From Escherichia coli (lineage in GTDB: Bacteria; Pseudomonadota; Gammaproteobacteria; Enterobacterales; Enterobacteriaceae), in the NCBI RefSeq assembly GCF_003018255.1, contig NZ_CP027440.1: DNA of 64,000 nucleotides, one strand, 5' to 3'. The position numbers were made by a program, and so were the translations under genes. This document shows positions 26,447 through 43,848 of the stretch, piece after piece. Numbering within the stretch: position 1 is the first letter of the stretch; each line of letters starts with the position of its first letter. The notes under the pieces were generated by a model. The model ran no database searches, had not been told where the DNA came from, and saw only the letters and a list, made by a program, of their open reading frames with translations.

Positions 26447-29269
26447 TTACAGCATCGGCTTGAGGAAGCGCGCCGTATGCGAAGCTTCGCACTCTGCGAC
26501 GGTTTCTGGCGTACCGGAGACGAGGATTTCGCCGCCCCCACTGCCGCCTTCCGGTCCCAGGTCGACAATCCAGTCAGCGGTTTTGATCACGTCGAGATTG
26601 TGCTCAATTACCACAATGGTATTGCCCTGATCGCGCAGTTTATGCAGTACGTCGAGCAGTTGCTGAATATCGGCGAAGTGCAGACCGGTGGTCGGCTCGT
26701 CGAGAATATACAGCGTCTGCCCGGTGCCGCGTTTTGACAGCTCACGCGCCAGCTTCACGCGCTGGGCTTCACCACCAGAAAGTGTGGTTGCGGACTGCCC
26801 GAGGCGAATGTACGTCAGGCCAACATCCATCAGCGTTTGCAGCTTACGCGCCAGAGCTGGCACCGCATCAAAGAACTCACGCGCCTCTTCGATGGTCATA
26901 TCCAGCACTTCGTGGATGGTTTTGCCTTTGTACTTAATCTCCAGCGTTTCACGGTTATAGCGTTTGCCTTTGCACTGGTCGCACGGTACGTAAATGTCCG
27001 GCAGGAAGTGCATCTCCACTTTGATCACGCCGTCGCCCTGACAGGCCTCGCAGCGTCCGCCACGGACGTTAAAGCTGAAACGCCCTGGCGTATAACCACG
27101 CGCACGGGATTCTGGTACGCCTGCGAACAGTTCGCGTACAGGTGTAAACACGCCGGTATAGGTTGCCGGATTGGAACGTGGGGTACGACCAATTGGGCTT
27201 TGGTCGATATCGATCACTTTGTCGAAATGTTCCAGTCCCTGAATATCGCGATACGGTGCCGGTTCGGCGATGGTCGCACCATTCAACTGGCGTTGGGCAA
27301 TCGGGAACAGTGTGTCGTTAATCAGTGTCGATTTACCGGAACCTGAAACCCCTGTGATGCAAGTAAACAGACCCACCGGCAGCGTCAGCGTCACGTCTTT
27401 CAGGTTGTTGCCGCGTGCGCCTGTCAGTTTCAGCACTTTTTCCGGATTTGCCGGAACGCGCTTCTTCGGCACTTCAATCTTGCGTTTACCGCTCATGTAC
27501 TGCCCGGTCAACGACTCTGGCACCGCCATTATTGCTTCCAGCGGACCTTCCGCGACGACTTCACCGCCGTGTACACCCGCACCCGGACCGATATCGATCA
27601 CATGATCAGCGGCGCGAATCGCGTCTTCGTCGTGCTCCACCACAATCACGGTATTACCGAGATCGCGCAGATGGATAAGCGTACCCAGCAGGCGCTCGTT
27701 ATCGCGCTGGTGCAGGCCGATAGACGGCTCATCCAGCACGTACATCACGCCAACCAGGCCCGCACCAATCTGGCTCGCCAGACGAATACGCTGGGCTTCA
27801 CCGCCGGAAAGTGTCTCTGCTGAGCGGGAAAGTGTCAGGTAATTCAGGCCGACGTTAACGAGGAATTTCAGACGATCGCCGATCTCTTTAAGGATTTTTT
27901 CTGCAATCTTCGCCCGCTGACCTGCGAGTTTGAGATTGTTGAAGAATTCCATCGCATGACCGATGCTCATGTCGGAGATGGCGGGCAGCGGCGTATTCTC
28001 GACATACACGTGGCGTGCTTCCCGACGCAGACGGGTTCCTTCGCAGCTGGCGCACGGACGATTGCTGATAAACTTGGCTAATTCTTCACGTACCGCGCTG
28101 GATTCCGTCTCTTTATAACGGCGCTCCATATTGTGCAGCACGCCTTCGAACGGATGACGACGAATGGAGGTATCGCCACGATCGTTCATGTATTTGAATT
28201 CAATGTTTTCTTTGCCAGAACCGTACAACACCACTTTATGCACGTTCGCGCTCAGGCTGCCCCACGGCGCTTCGACGTCGAACTTATAGTGATCTGCCAG
28301 CGATTTCAGCATCTGGAAATAATAGAAGTTGCGGCGATCCCAGCCACGGATCGCACCGCCAGCCAGCGACAATTCCGGATTCTGGATCACGCGGTCAGGA
28401 TCGAAATATTGCTGTACGCCAAGACCGTCACAGGTCGGGCAGGCTCCCGCCGGGTTGTTAAATGAAAACAGGCGAGGTTCCAGCTCGCGCATACTGTAAC
28501 CGCAAATCGGGCAGGCAAAGTTGGCGGAGAACAGCAGCTCTTCCGCTTTCGGATCGTCCATATCCGCCACTACCGCGGTACCACCGGAAAGCTCCAGCGC
28601 GGTTTCAAACGACTCGGCAAGACGTTGGGTAAGATCGTCACGCACTTTGAAGCGATCAACCACCACTTCAATGGTATGTTTCTTTTGCAGTTCCAGTTTC
28701 GGCGGATCGGAAAGATCGCAGACTTCGCCATCAATACGAGCACGGATGTAACCCTGACTTGCCAGGTTCTCCAGCGTTTTGGTGTGTTCGCCTTTGCGCT
28801 CTTTAATGATTGGCGCGAGCAGCATCAGGCGTTTACCTTCCGGCTGGGACAACACGTTATCCACCATCTGACTGACGGTTTGCGCTGCCAGCGGGACGTC
28901 GTGGTCCGGGCAGCGCGGCTCACCGACGCGGGCGAACAACAAACGCAAATAGTCGTGGATTTCGGTGATTGTCCCCACCGTAGAACGCGGGTTATGAGAC
29001 GTCGATTTCTGCTCAATCGAGATGGCAGGAGAAAGCCCCTCAATATGATCGACGTCCGGCTTTTCCATCAGTGACAGAAACTGCCGCGCGTAGGCGGAAA
29101 GGGATTCAACGTAACGGCGCTGCCCTTCGGCATATAAGGTGTCGAAAGCGAGCGAGGATTTGCCAGAACCCGAAAGCCCGGTCACGACAATGAGTTTGTC
29201 GCGGGGGATAACGAGGTTGATGTTTTTGAGATTATGGGTGCGGGCGCCCCGAACTTCGATCTTATCCAT
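26447..29269 (-). CDS. uvrA: excinuclease ABC subunit A
   Basis: 940 aa ORF with duplicated ABC ATPase motifs; recognised as UvrA. Confidence 0.97.
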   Translation of the reverse strand: MDKIEVRGARTHNLKNINLVIPRDKLIVVTGLSGSGKSSLAFDTLYAEGQRRYVESLSAYARQFLSLMEKPDVDHIEGLSPAISIEQKSTSHNPRSTVGTITEIHDYLRLLFARVGEPRCPDHDVPLAAQTVSQMVDNVLSQPEGKRLMLLAPIIKERKGEHTKTLENLASQGYIRARIDGEVCDLSDPPKLELQKKHTIEVVVDRFKVRDDLTQRLAESFETALELSGGTAVVADMDDPKAEELLFSANFACPICGYSMRELEPRLFSFNNPAGACPTCDGLGVQQYFDPDRVIQNPELSLAGGAIRGWDRRNFYYFQMLKSLADHYKFDVEAPWGSLSANVHKVVLYGSGKENIEFKYMNDRGDTSIRRHPFEGVLHNMERRYKETESSAVREELAKFISNRPCASCEGTRLRREARHVYVENTPLPAISDMSIGHAMEFFNNLKLAGQRAKIAEKILKEIGDRLKFLVNVGLNYLTLSRSAETLSGGEAQRIRLASQIGAGLVGVMYVLDEPSIGLHQRDNERLLGTLIHLRDLGNTVIVVEHDEDAIRAADHVIDIGPGAGVHGGEVVAEGPLEAIMAVPESLTGQYMSGKRKIEVPKKRVPANPEKVLKLTGARGNNLKDVTLTLPVGLFTCITGVSGSGKSTLINDTLFPIAQRQLNGATIAEPAPYRDIQGLEHFDKVIDIDQSPIGRTPRSNPATYTGVFTPVRELFAGVPESRARGYTPGRFSFNVRGGRCEACQGDGVIKVEMHFLPDIYVPCDQCKGKRYNRETLEIKYKGKTIHEVLDMTIEEAREFFDAVPALARKLQTLMDVGLTYIRLGQSATTLSGGEAQRVKLARELSKRGTGQTLYILDEPTTGLHFADIQQLLDVLHKLRDQGNTIVVIEHNLDVIKTADWIVDLGPEGGSGGGEILVSGTPETVAECEASHTARFLKPML

Positions 29270-29354
29270 TCACCTTTCCCGGATTAAACGCTTTTTTGCC
29301 CGGTGGCATGGTGCTACCGGCGATCACAAACGGTTAATTATGACACAAATTGAC

Positions 29355-29370
29355 CTGAATGAATATACAG
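29355..29370. promoter_or_regulatory. LexA (SOS) box shared by divergent uvrA and ssb promoters (CTGAATGAATATACAG)
   Basis: CTG-N10-CAG box in uvrA-ssb intergenic region. Confidence 0.9.
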
Positions 29371-29522
29371 TATTGGAATGCATTACCCGGAGTGTTGTGT
29401 AACAATGTCTGGCCAGGTTTGTTTCCCGGAACCGAGGTCACAACATAGTAAAAGCGCTATTGGTAATGGTACAATCGCGCGTTTACACTTATTCAGAACG
29501 ATTTTTTTCAGGAGACACGAAC

Positions 29523-30059
29523 ATGGCCAGCAGAGGCGTAAACAAGGTTATTCTCGTTGGTAATCTGGGTCAGGACCCGGAAGTACGCTACATGCCAAAT
29601 GGTGGCGCAGTTGCCAACATTACGCTGGCTACTTCCGAATCCTGGCGTGATAAAGCCACCGGCGAGATGAAAGAGCAGACTGAATGGCACCGCGTTGTGC
29701 TGTTCGGCAAACTGGCAGAAGTGGCCAGCGAATATCTGCGTAAAGGTTCTCAGGTTTATATCGAAGGTCAGCTGCGTACCCGCAAATGGACCGATCAATC
29801 CGGTCAGGATCGCTACACCACAGAAGTCGTGGTGAACGTTGGCGGCACCATGCAGATGCTGGGTGGTCGTCAGGGTGGTGGCGCTCCTGCAGGTGGCAAT
29901 ATCGGTGGTGGTCAGCCGCAGGGCGGTTGGGGTCAGCCTCAGCAGCCGCAGGGTGGCAATCAGTTCAGCGGCGGCGCGCAGTCTCGCCCGCAGCAGTCCG
30001 CTCCGGCAGCGCCGTCTAACGAGCCGCCGATGGACTTTGATGACGATATTCCGTTCTGA
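29523..30059 (+). CDS. ssb: single-stranded DNA-binding protein SSB
   Basis: ORF track 199 aa; start at [10 protein letters not shown] gives known 178 aa; Gly/Gln-rich tail ending DDDIPF. Confidence 0.96.
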   Translation: MASRGVNKVILVGNLGQDPEVRYMPNGGAVANITLATSESWRDKATGEMKEQTEWHRVVLFGKLAEVASEYLRKGSQVYIEGQLRTRKWTDQSGQDRYTTEVVVNVGGTMQMLGGRQGGGAPAGGNIGGGQPQGGWGQPQQPQGGNQFSGGAQSRPQQSAPAAPSNEPPMDFDDDIPF

Positions 30060-30126
30060 TTTGTCTTTAAAACAATAGGTTATATTGTTTTAAGGTGGAT
30101 GATTAAAGCATCTGCCAGCCATAAAA

Positions 30127-30152
30127 AAGAAGCCTCCGTTATGGAGGCTTCT
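30127..30152. terminator. bidirectional terminator between ssb and yjcB (AGAAGCCTCC-loop-GGAGGCTTCT; T-run on minus strand)
   Basis: Perfect inverted repeat with A-run upstream on plus strand. Confidence 0.75.
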
Positions 30153-30157
30153 ACATA

Positions 30158-30439
30158 TCAAGTCAAAATCATTGGCCATTGTGGCGGTGTCTGATTCATC
30201 TCTTCTATCATCACCGACTCGATGTTGTGCCAGATGGCGGTGATATCCGCCATTGTGATGCCAAGCAACCCCATTGCGAACCAGCAGGCAGAAACCACGC
30301 CCAGACCGCTGCTGATCACTGCAAGCCCGACATAATCAGCCCGACGAAAACGGATGTTGAGCGTGCTAGCCAGAAACATCATTACGGCACTAAGAAGTTG
30401 CCAGCGAAAAAGAACCACGCCAGTGGTGAGGGTAGCCAT
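30158..30439 (-). CDS. yjcB: small membrane protein YjcB
   Basis: ORF track 126 aa; start set at MATLTTGVVL giving 93 aa. Confidence 0.7.
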   Translation of the reverse strand: MATLTTGVVLFRWQLLSAVMMFLASTLNIRFRRADYVGLAVISSGLGVVSACWFAMGLLGITMADITAIWHNIESVMIEEMNQTPPQWPMILT

Positions 30440-30867
30440 CAAACAATTCCTCGGAAAAGAGCTGATGCCCTGGACAGCGCGGCGTTGTTCACGGGAGGCG
30501 TGATACACTCTGGCTATCGCGGGGCTTGCAGAACACAAAAATGAAACACTCTGTTTGTTTCATGAATTTTGTGAACTATATCACAATTGGTTGTTTGTTA
30601 GCCAGATTAGGCCGTGACTTTTATTGCCGTACAGATTATGTGTTTTTTCAGCGGCATTAAGGGTATATCTTCCCGCCGCCTCTGCATTCCTGAAGGTGAT
30701 TAATTTTTAAGATCAATGAATTATCGTCATCCTGGTGACGATTAAAAAGGTCTCAATTTTATATCAGGCAAAAGTGCTATTTATACCGTAAGATTTATCT
30801 AAAGACGTCGGTAGCCAGGGTTTCACCTTGCAATAACCGGGTATAAACAGGCAGGGAATTGATAGCA

Positions 30868-32454
30868 ATGAGTCATCGTGCACGACACCAATTACTGGCG
30901 TTTCCGGGCATTATCTTTTTAGTTCTCTTTCCCATCATTCTGTCGCTATGGATTGCCTTCTTTTGGGCAAAATCAGAAGTGAATAATCAGCTCCGAACCT
31001 TTGCTCAGCTGGCGTTGGATAAATCTGAGCTGGTCATTCGTCAGGCAGATTTAGTGAGCGATGCAGCTGAACGCTATCAGGGGCAAGTTTGCACTCCAGC
31101 CCATCAAAAGCGAATGTTGAATATTATTCGTGGCTATCTTTATATTAATGAATTGATTTATGCTCGTGATAACCATTTTTTATGCTCATCGCTGATAGCG
31201 TCTGTAAATGGCTATACGATTGCACCGGCCGATTATAAGCGTGAACCTAACGTTTCTATCTATTATTACCGTGATACGCCTTTTTTCTCTGGCTATAAAA
31301 TGACCTACATGCAGCGGGGAAATTATGTGGCGGTTATCAACCCTCTCTTCTGGAGTGAAGTGATGTCTGATGATCCGACATTGCAATGGGGAGTGTATGA
31401 TACGGTGACGAAAACCTTTTTCTCGTTAAGCAACGAGGCCTCGGCAGCAACGTTTTCTCCGCTGATTCATTTGAATGATTTAACCGTACAACGAAATGGC
31501 TATTTATATGCGACAGTTTATTCGACAAAACGCCCAATTGCAGCCATTGTTGCGACTTCATATCAACGTCTTATAACTCATTTTTATAATCATCTTATTT
31601 TTGCGTTGCCCGCCGGTATTTTGGGGAGTCTTGTTCTGCTATTACTCTGGCTACGTATTCGACAAAACTATTTGTCTCCCAAACGCAAATTGCAACGCGC
31701 CCTCGAAAAACATCAACTTTGCCTTTATTACCAGCCAATAATCGATATCAAAACAGAAAAATGTATCGGAGCTGAAGCATTGTTACGTTGGCCTGGTGAG
31801 CAGGGGCAAGTAATGAATCCGGCAGAGTTTATTCCGCTGGCAGAAAAGGAGGGGATGATCGAACAGATAACTGATTATGTTATTGATAATGTCTTCCGCG
31901 ATCTGGGCGTGTACCTGGCAACACATGTCGATCGCTATGTTTCTATTAACCTGTCGGCCTCCGATTTTCATACGTCACGGTTGATAGCGCGAACCAACCA
32001 GAAAACAGAGCAATATGCGGTGCGTCCGCAGCAAATTAAATTTGAAGTGACTGAACATGCATTTCTTGATGTCGACAAAATGACGCCGATTATTCTGGCT
32101 TTCCGCCAGGCTGGTTACGAAGTGGCAATTGATGATTTTGGTATTGGCTACTCTAACTTGCATAACCTTAAATCATTGAATGTCGATATTTTGAAAATCG
32201 ACAAATCGTTTGTTGAGACGCTGACCACCCATAAAACCAGTCATTTGATTGCGGAACATATCATCGAGCTGGCGCACAGTCTGGGGTTAAAAACGATCGC
32301 TGAAGGCGTCGAAACTGAGGAGCAGGTTAACTGGCTGCGCAAACGCGGCGTGCGCTATTGTCAGGGATGGTTCTTTGCGAAGGCGATGCCGCCGCAGGTG
32401 TTTATGCAATGGATGGAGCAATTACCCGCGCGGGAGTTAACGCGCGGGCAATAA
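30868..32454 (+). CDS. pdeC: c-di-GMP phosphodiesterase PdeC (CSS-motif sensor + EAL domain)
   Basis: ORF track 531 aa from TTG; ATG at 30868 gives 528 aa; C-terminal EAL-domain motifs. Confidence 0.88.
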
Positions 32455-32456
32455 AA

Positions 32457-32780
32457 CTACAGGCGGTGGCGATAATCGCTGGGAGTGCGATCAAACTGCC
32501 GACGGAAAACGCGGGAGAAGGTCTGCTGAGAGACATAACCCAGGTCCATTGCGATATCAAAAATCGGACGCTCGGTGGTGCGCAACTCAACGGCGGCCAG
32601 TAACAGGCGGCGTTGGCGAATGTAATCACCTAGTGTCTGATGCGTCACAGTACGGAACATCCGCTGTAAGTACCACTTTGAATAGCCTGATTTTTTTGCG
32701 ACGACATCAATGTTAAGCGGCTGGTCAATATGCTCGTCAATCCATGCGATAAGATCCTGAATAATTTTCTGATGGGACAT
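32457..32780 (-). CDS. soxS: AraC-family superoxide response activator SoxS
   Basis: 107 aa ORF recognised as SoxS. Confidence 0.95.
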   Translation of the reverse strand: MSHQKIIQDLIAWIDEHIDQPLNIDVVAKKSGYSKWYLQRMFRTVTHQTLGDYIRQRRLLLAAVELRTTERPIFDIAMDLGYVSQQTFSRVFRRQFDRTPSDYRHRL

Positions 32781-32836
32781 AAATCTGCCTCTTTTCAGTG
32801 TTCAGTTCGTTAATTCATCTGTTGGGGAGTATAATT

Positions 32837-32854
32837 CCTCAAGTTAACTTGAGG
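32837..32854. promoter_or_regulatory. SoxR operator in soxS promoter (palindrome CCTCAAGTTAACTTGAGG)
   Basis: Perfect 18-bp palindrome between divergent soxS and soxR. Confidence 0.92.
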
Positions 32855-32865
32855 TAAAGCGATTT

Positions 32866-33330
32866 ATGGAAAAGAAATTACCCCGCATTAAAGCGCTGCT
32901 AACCCCCGGCGAAGTGGCAAAACGCAGCGGTGTGGCGGTATCGGCGCTGCATTTCTATGAAAGCAAAGGGTTGATTAGCAGTATCCGTAATAGTGGCAAT
33001 CAGCGGCGATATAAACGTGATGTGTTGCGATATGTCGCAATCATCAAAATTGCTCAGCGTATTGGCATTCCGCTGGCGACCATTCGTGAAGCATTTGGCG
33101 TGTTGCCCGAAGGGCATACATTAAGTGCGAAAGAGTGGAAACAGCTTTCGTCCCAATGGCGAGAAGAGTTGGATCGGCGCATTCATACCTTAGTGGCGCT
33201 GCGTGACGAGCTGGACGGATGTATTGGTTGTGGCTGCCTTTCGCGCAGTGATTGCCCATTGCGTAACCCGGGCGACCGCTTAGGAGAAGAAGGCACAGGC
33301 GCACGCTTGCTGGAAGATGAACAAAACTAA
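32866..33330 (+). CDS. soxR: MerR-family redox sensor SoxR ([2Fe-2S] cluster CIGCGC motif)
   Basis: 154 aa ORF recognised as SoxR. Confidence 0.95.
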   Translation: MEKKLPRIKALLTPGEVAKRSGVAVSALHFYESKGLISSIRNSGNQRRYKRDVLRYVAIIKIAQRIGIPLATIREAFGVLPEGHTLSAKEWKQLSSQWREELDRRIHTLVALRDELDGCIGCGCLSRSDCPLRNPGDRLGEEGTGARLLEDEQN

Positions 33331-33360
33331 AGCGCCACAAGGGCGCTTTAGTTTGTTTTC
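33329..33360. terminator. intrinsic terminator after soxR (AAAGCGCC-ACAA-GGGCGCTTT then T-rich)
   Basis: Inverted repeat overlapping soxR stop. Confidence 0.75.
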
Positions 33361-33470
33361 CGGTCTTTGTCTTTCTCTCTATCCCGCTGGTACACAGGAG
33401 GGTTTCCCCCGACGTCAACACACCTCATTCGAGCACGTGGTGGAGGTTCCGGTTGGTGTTGATGCTTTAA
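33330..33470 (-). ncRNA. possible RyjA-like small RNA locus (placement by synteny only)
   Basis: In K-12 as I recall, sRNA RyjA is encoded opposite to and just downstream of soxR; no sequence-level confirmation possible here. Confidence 0.3.
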
Positions 33471-33875
33471 TTGTATGTCACCGGCGTTTCTTCGCCAGTG
33501 TAAAAGTACACTTTTTAGCCGCAATATTTTTGTCATCTCAGACGATTTTTTATCGCAATCCTGAACGGTATACGGCTCGATAACGCTGCAATCTTGCGCA
33601 TCGACGATAACGTTTGCGCATCAATTGCCTGGTTTTTCATCGTCAAGACAATAAAAGAGAAAAAAGCAGCAAACTTCGGTTGAAAAAGCCGCTATGATCG
33701 CCGGATAATCGTTTGCTTTTTTTACCACCCGTTTTGTATGCGCGGAGCTAAACGTTTGCTTTTTTGCGACGCACCAATTTGTCGCAAACCTGGAGCAGGA
33801 AGATAACGTTTCGCTGGCAGGGGATTGTCCGCCACGCATCTTGACGAAAATTAAACTCTCAGGGGATGTTTTCTT

Positions 33876-35225
33876 ATGTCTACGCCATCAGCGCGTACCG
33901 GCGGTTCACTCGACGCCTGGTTTAAAATTTCACAACGTGGAAGCACTGTCCGTCAGGAAGTGGTTGCCGGGTTAACAACATTTCTGGCGATGGTCTACTC
34001 GGTTATCGTCGTTCCAGGCATGTTGGGTAAAGCAGGCTTCCCGCCTGCGGCAGTTTTCGTTGCGACCTGTCTGGTTGCCGGACTCGGTTCTATCGTGATG
34101 GGTCTGTGGGCTAATCTGCCGTTGGCGATTGGTTGCGCCATCTCCCTGACGGCGTTTACCGCATTCAGTCTGGTGCTGGGGCAACATATTAGCGTACCTG
34201 TCGCGCTGGGTGCCGTGTTCCTGATGGGTGTGCTGTTTACGGTCATTTCTGCCACGGGTATCCGTAGCTGGATTTTGCGCAACTTGCCGCACGGTGTGGC
34301 GCACGGCACGGGGATTGGTATCGGTCTGTTCCTGCTGCTGATTGCTGCTAATGGTGTCGGTCTGGTGATTAAAAACCCACTTGATGGTCTGCCCGTCGCG
34401 CTGGGGGATTTCACGACCTTTCCGGTGATGATGTCGTTGGTGGGGCTGGCAGTGATTATCGGCCTGGAAAAACTGAAAGTCCCTGGTGGCATTCTGCTGA
34501 CCATTATCGGTATCTCAATTGTCGGTTTGATCTTCGATCCTAACGTCCATTTCTCCGGCGTTTTCGCCATGCCTTCATTGAGCGATGAAAACGGCAATTC
34601 ACTAATTGGCAGCCTGGACATTATGGGCGCGCTGAATCCTGTAGTCCTGCCAAGCGTTCTGGCGCTGGTGATGACGGCAGTATTTGATGCCACCGGAACT
34701 ATCCGTGCCGTCGCCGGCCAGGCGAACCTGCTGGATAAAGATGGGCAGATCATCGACGGCGGGAAAGCACTGACCACTGACTCCATGAGCAGCGTTTTCT
34801 CTGGCCTGGTGGGTGCAGCTCCGGCAGCGGTATACATCGAGTCTGCGGCGGGTACGGCGGCGGGCGGTAAAACCGGTTTGACGGCTATCACCGTTGGCGT
34901 GCTGTTCCTGCTGATTCTGTTCCTCTCTCCGCTCTCTTACCTCGTTCCGGGGTATGCAACGGCTCCGGCGCTGATGTACGTTGGCCTGCTGATGCTGAGT
35001 AACGTGGCGAAAATCGACTTTGCTGATTTTGTTGATGCGATGGCGGGTCTGGTTACGGCGGTATTCATCGTGCTGACCTGTAACATCGTAACAGGCATCA
35101 TGATCGGCTTCGCGACTCTGGTGATTGGTCGTCTGGTTTCCGGCGAATGGCGCAAGTTGAACATCGGTACGGTCGTTATCGCTGTGGCGCTGGTGACCTT
35201 CTATGCGGGTGGCTGGGCTATCTAA
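33876..35225 (+). CDS. ghxP: guanine/hypoxanthine permease GhxP (NCS2 family)
   Basis: 449 aa polytopic membrane protein ORF recognised as YjcD/GhxP. Confidence 0.9.
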   Translation: MSTPSARTGGSLDAWFKISQRGSTVRQEVVAGLTTFLAMVYSVIVVPGMLGKAGFPPAAVFVATCLVAGLGSIVMGLWANLPLAIGCAISLTAFTAFSLVLGQHISVPVALGAVFLMGVLFTVISATGIRSWILRNLPHGVAHGTGIGIGLFLLLIAANGVGLVIKNPLDGLPVALGDFTTFPVMMSLVGLAVIIGLEKLKVPGGILLTIIGISIVGLIFDPNVHFSGVFAMPSLSDENGNSLIGSLDIMGALNPVVLPSVLALVMTAVFDATGTIRAVAGQANLLDKDGQIIDGGKALTTDSMSSVFSGLVGAAPAAVYIESAAGTAAGGKTGLTAITVGVLFLLILFLSPLSYLVPGYATAPALMYVGLLMLSNVAKIDFADFVDAMAGLVTAVFIVLTCNIVTGIMIGFATLVIGRLVSGEWRKLNIGTVVIAVALVTFYAGGWAI

Positions 35226-35375
35226 TCTTTCATATGATTCTGAAAACGGGTGGCAATGGCTGCCCGTTTTTATTTTCTCCGCACATTGTGTGAGCTTTTG
35301 CGATATTCTGAAAAAATGAGAATTCAGGCATAACGCCTTTCTCAGATCATAAAAAACATCGCAAACAGGGAACGC

Positions 35376-37025
35376 ATGGAAATCTTCTTCACCATACTGA
35401 TAATGACCCTCGTGGTCTCGCTGTCCGGGGTGGTCACTCGTGTCATGCCCTTTCAGATCCCGCTTCCGCTTATGCAAATCGCCATCGGTGCGCTACTGGC
35501 GTGGCCGACGTTTGGTTTGCATGTGGAGTTTGATCCTGAACTCTTTTTAGTCTTGTTTATCCCGCCGTTGCTGTTCGCTGATGGCTGGAAAACGCCGACC
35601 CGTGAATTTCTCGAACATGGTCGAGAGATTTTCGGCCTCGCGCTGGCGCTGGTGGTGGTCACCGTGGTCGGCATTGGCTTTCTTATTTACTGGGTGGTGC
35701 CGGGCATTCCGCTGATCCCCGCCTTTGCGCTGGCGGCGGTGCTTTCTCCGACCGATGCTGTGGCGCTCTCGGGGATTGTTGGCGAAGGGCGCATCCCGAA
35801 AAAAATCATGGGCATTTTGCAGGGCGAAGCGTTGATGAATGACGCCTCCGGTCTGGTGTCGTTGAAGTTTGCCGTGGCAGTGGCGATGGGGACGATGATC
35901 TTCACCGTCGGTGGTGCGACGGTCGAATTTATGAAAGTGGCCATTGGCGGTATTCTCGCCGGTTTTGTGGTGAGCTGGCTGTACGGTCGCTCGCTGCGAT
36001 TCCTCAGCCGCTGGGGCGGTGATGAACCCGCGACGCAGATCGTCCTGCTGTTCCTGCTGCCATTCGCTTCTTATCTGATTGCCGAACATATTGGCGTTTC
36101 CGGTATCCTCGCTGCGGTTGCCGCCGGGATGACCATCACCCGTTCCGGTGTGATGCGCCGTGCGCCGCTGGCAATGCGCCTGCGCGCAAACAGTACCTGG
36201 GCGATGCTGGAATTTGTCTTTAACGGCATGGTATTCCTGCTGTTAGGTCTGCAGCTGCCGGGTATTCTGGAGACGTCGCTGATGGCGGCAGAAATCGACC
36301 CTAACGTCGAAATCTGGATGCTGTTTACCGATATCATTCTGATTTATGCGGCGCTGATGCTGGTCCGTTTCGGCTGGCTGTGGACGATGAAAAAGTTCAG
36401 CAACCGCTTCCTGAAGAAGAAGCCGATGGAGTTTGGTTCGTGGACCACACGAGAAATCCTGATCGCGTCTTTCGCCGGGGTGCGTGGGGCGATCACTCTG
36501 GCTGGTGTGCTCTCAATCCCGCTGCTCTTGCCGGATGGTAACGTCTTCCCGGCGCGCTATGAGCTGGTGTTCCTGGCGGCTGGTGTCATTCTCTTCTCGC
36601 TGTTTGTCGGCGTGGTGATGTTGCCTATTCTGCTACAACACATTGAAGTCGCGGACCATTCGCAACAATTGAAAGAGGAACGTATTGCGCGAGCGGCAAC
36701 GGCAGAAGTGGCGATTGTGGCGATCCAGAAAATGGAGGAGCGTCTGGCGGCGGATACCGAAGAGAATATCGATAACCAGCTGCTCACAGAGGTTAGTTCT
36801 CGCGTCATTGGTAACCTGCGTCGTCGCGCCGATGGACGTAACGACGTTGAAAGTTCCGTGCAGGAAGAGAACCTTGAGCGTCGCTTCCGTCTGGCGGCAT
36901 TGCGTTCTGAACGTGCTGAACTGTACCACCTGCGCGCCACGCGGGAGATCAGTAACGAAACGCTGCAAAAATTACTGCACGATCTCGATTTGCTTGAAGC
37001 GTTGCTGATTGAAGAGAACCAATAA
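35376..37025 (+). CDS. yjcE: putative Na+/H+ exchanger YjcE (CPA1 family)
   Basis: 549 aa membrane protein ORF. Confidence 0.88.
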   Translation: MEIFFTILIMTLVVSLSGVVTRVMPFQIPLPLMQIAIGALLAWPTFGLHVEFDPELFLVLFIPPLLFADGWKTPTREFLEHGREIFGLALALVVVTVVGIGFLIYWVVPGIPLIPAFALAAVLSPTDAVALSGIVGEGRIPKKIMGILQGEALMNDASGLVSLKFAVAVAMGTMIFTVGGATVEFMKVAIGGILAGFVVSWLYGRSLRFLSRWGGDEPATQIVLLFLLPFASYLIAEHIGVSGILAAVAAGMTITRSGVMRRAPLAMRLRANSTWAMLEFVFNGMVFLLLGLQLPGILETSLMAAEIDPNVEIWMLFTDIILIYAALMLVRFGWLWTMKKFSNRFLKKKPMEFGSWTTREILIASFAGVRGAITLAGVLSIPLLLPDGNVFPARYELVFLAAGVILFSLFVGVVMLPILLQHIEVADHSQQLKEERIARAATAEVAIVAIQKMEERLAADTEENIDNQLLTEVSSRVIGNLRRRADGRNDVESSVQEENLERRFRLAALRSERAELYHLRATREISNETLQKLLHDLDLLEALLIEENQ

Positions 37026-37042
37026 CGCTTTGGCGGTGTAAT

Positions 37043-37078
37043 CGGTAAAAAGGTGCAGTACATCGCACCTTTTTACCG
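37043..37078. terminator. bidirectional terminator between convergent yjcE and actP (14-bp stem CGGTAAAAAGGTGC / GCACCTTTTTACCG)
   Basis: Long perfect inverted repeat with A/T runs. Confidence 0.75.
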
Positions 37079-37107
37079 TTGGTCAGGTGACCAGAGGCTA
37101 GTGGAGA

Positions 37108-39068
<1,961 letters not shown>

Positions 39069-39145
39069 CACAGATTCTCCAGAGGTAATGTAGGGATTGT
39101 TTTAATTCCCGCTCCCTTATGGGAGAAGGTTAACGCTTGGGTAAC

Positions 39146-39420
<275 letters not shown>

Positions 39421-39449
39421 GTTACCGACTCGCATCGGGCAATTGTGGG

Positions 39450-43237
<3,788 letters not shown>

Positions 43238-43281
43238 CCCCGTTCCGCCTCGCAAGGGGCGGAAAACACAATGGAGTGAAT

Positions 43282-43848
43282 ATGAGCGTATTACGTTCGT
43301 TATTAACTGCCGGGGTGCTGGCGTCGGGCCTGTTGTGGAGCCTGAACGGAATTACCGCTACCCCTGCGGCGCAGGCATCTGGTGATCGCTACGAAGTTAC
43401 CCAGCAGCGTAACCCGGATGCCGCCTGTCTGGACTGTCATAAGCCAGATACCGAAGGTATGCATGGCAAACATGCTTCCGTTATCAACCCGAATAACAAA
43501 CTGCCGGTCACCTGCACCAACTGCCACGGTCAGCCATCACCGCAACACCGCGAAGGGGTGAAAGATGTGATGCGCTTTAACGAGCCGATGTACAAGGTTG
43601 GAGAGCAGAACAGCGTCTGTATGTCCTGCCATCTGCCGGAACAGTTGCAAAAAGCGTTCTGGCCACACGATGTCCACGTAACCAAAGTGGCGTGCGCCAG
43701 CTGCCATTCCCTGCATCCACAGCAAGATACGATGCAGACGTTAAGTGACAAAGGACGGATTAAGATTTGCGTCGATTGCCACAGCGATCAGCGCACCAAT
43801 CCGAACTTTAACCCGGCGTCTGTTCCGTTGCTTAAGGAGCAGCCATGA
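43282..43848 (+). CDS. nrfB: pentahaem cytochrome c NrfB
   Basis: ORF track 190 aa from GTG; ATG at 43282 gives 188 aa; five CxxCH motifs. Confidence 0.92.
   Translation: MSVLRSLLTAGVLASGLLWSLNGITATPAAQASGDRYEVTQQRNPDAACLDCHKPDTEGMHGKHASVINPNNKLPVTCTNCHGQPSPQHREGVKDVMRFNEPMYKVGEQNSVCMSCHLPEQLQKAFWPHDVHVTKVACASCHSLHPQQDTMQTLSDKGRIKICVDCHSDQRTNPNFNPASVPLLKEQP

Noticed and set aside
33317-33839. ORFs of 88 aa (+) and 72 aa (-) between soxR and ghxP
   Set aside because: No ribosome binding sites; region is better explained by terminator, possible sRNA and ghxP regulatory repeats
33995-35477. Long antisense ORFs (298 aa and 291 aa) opposite ghxP
   Set aside because: They lie entirely within a well-supported transporter gene and have low-complexity Arg/His/Gln-rich products typical of shadow ORFs
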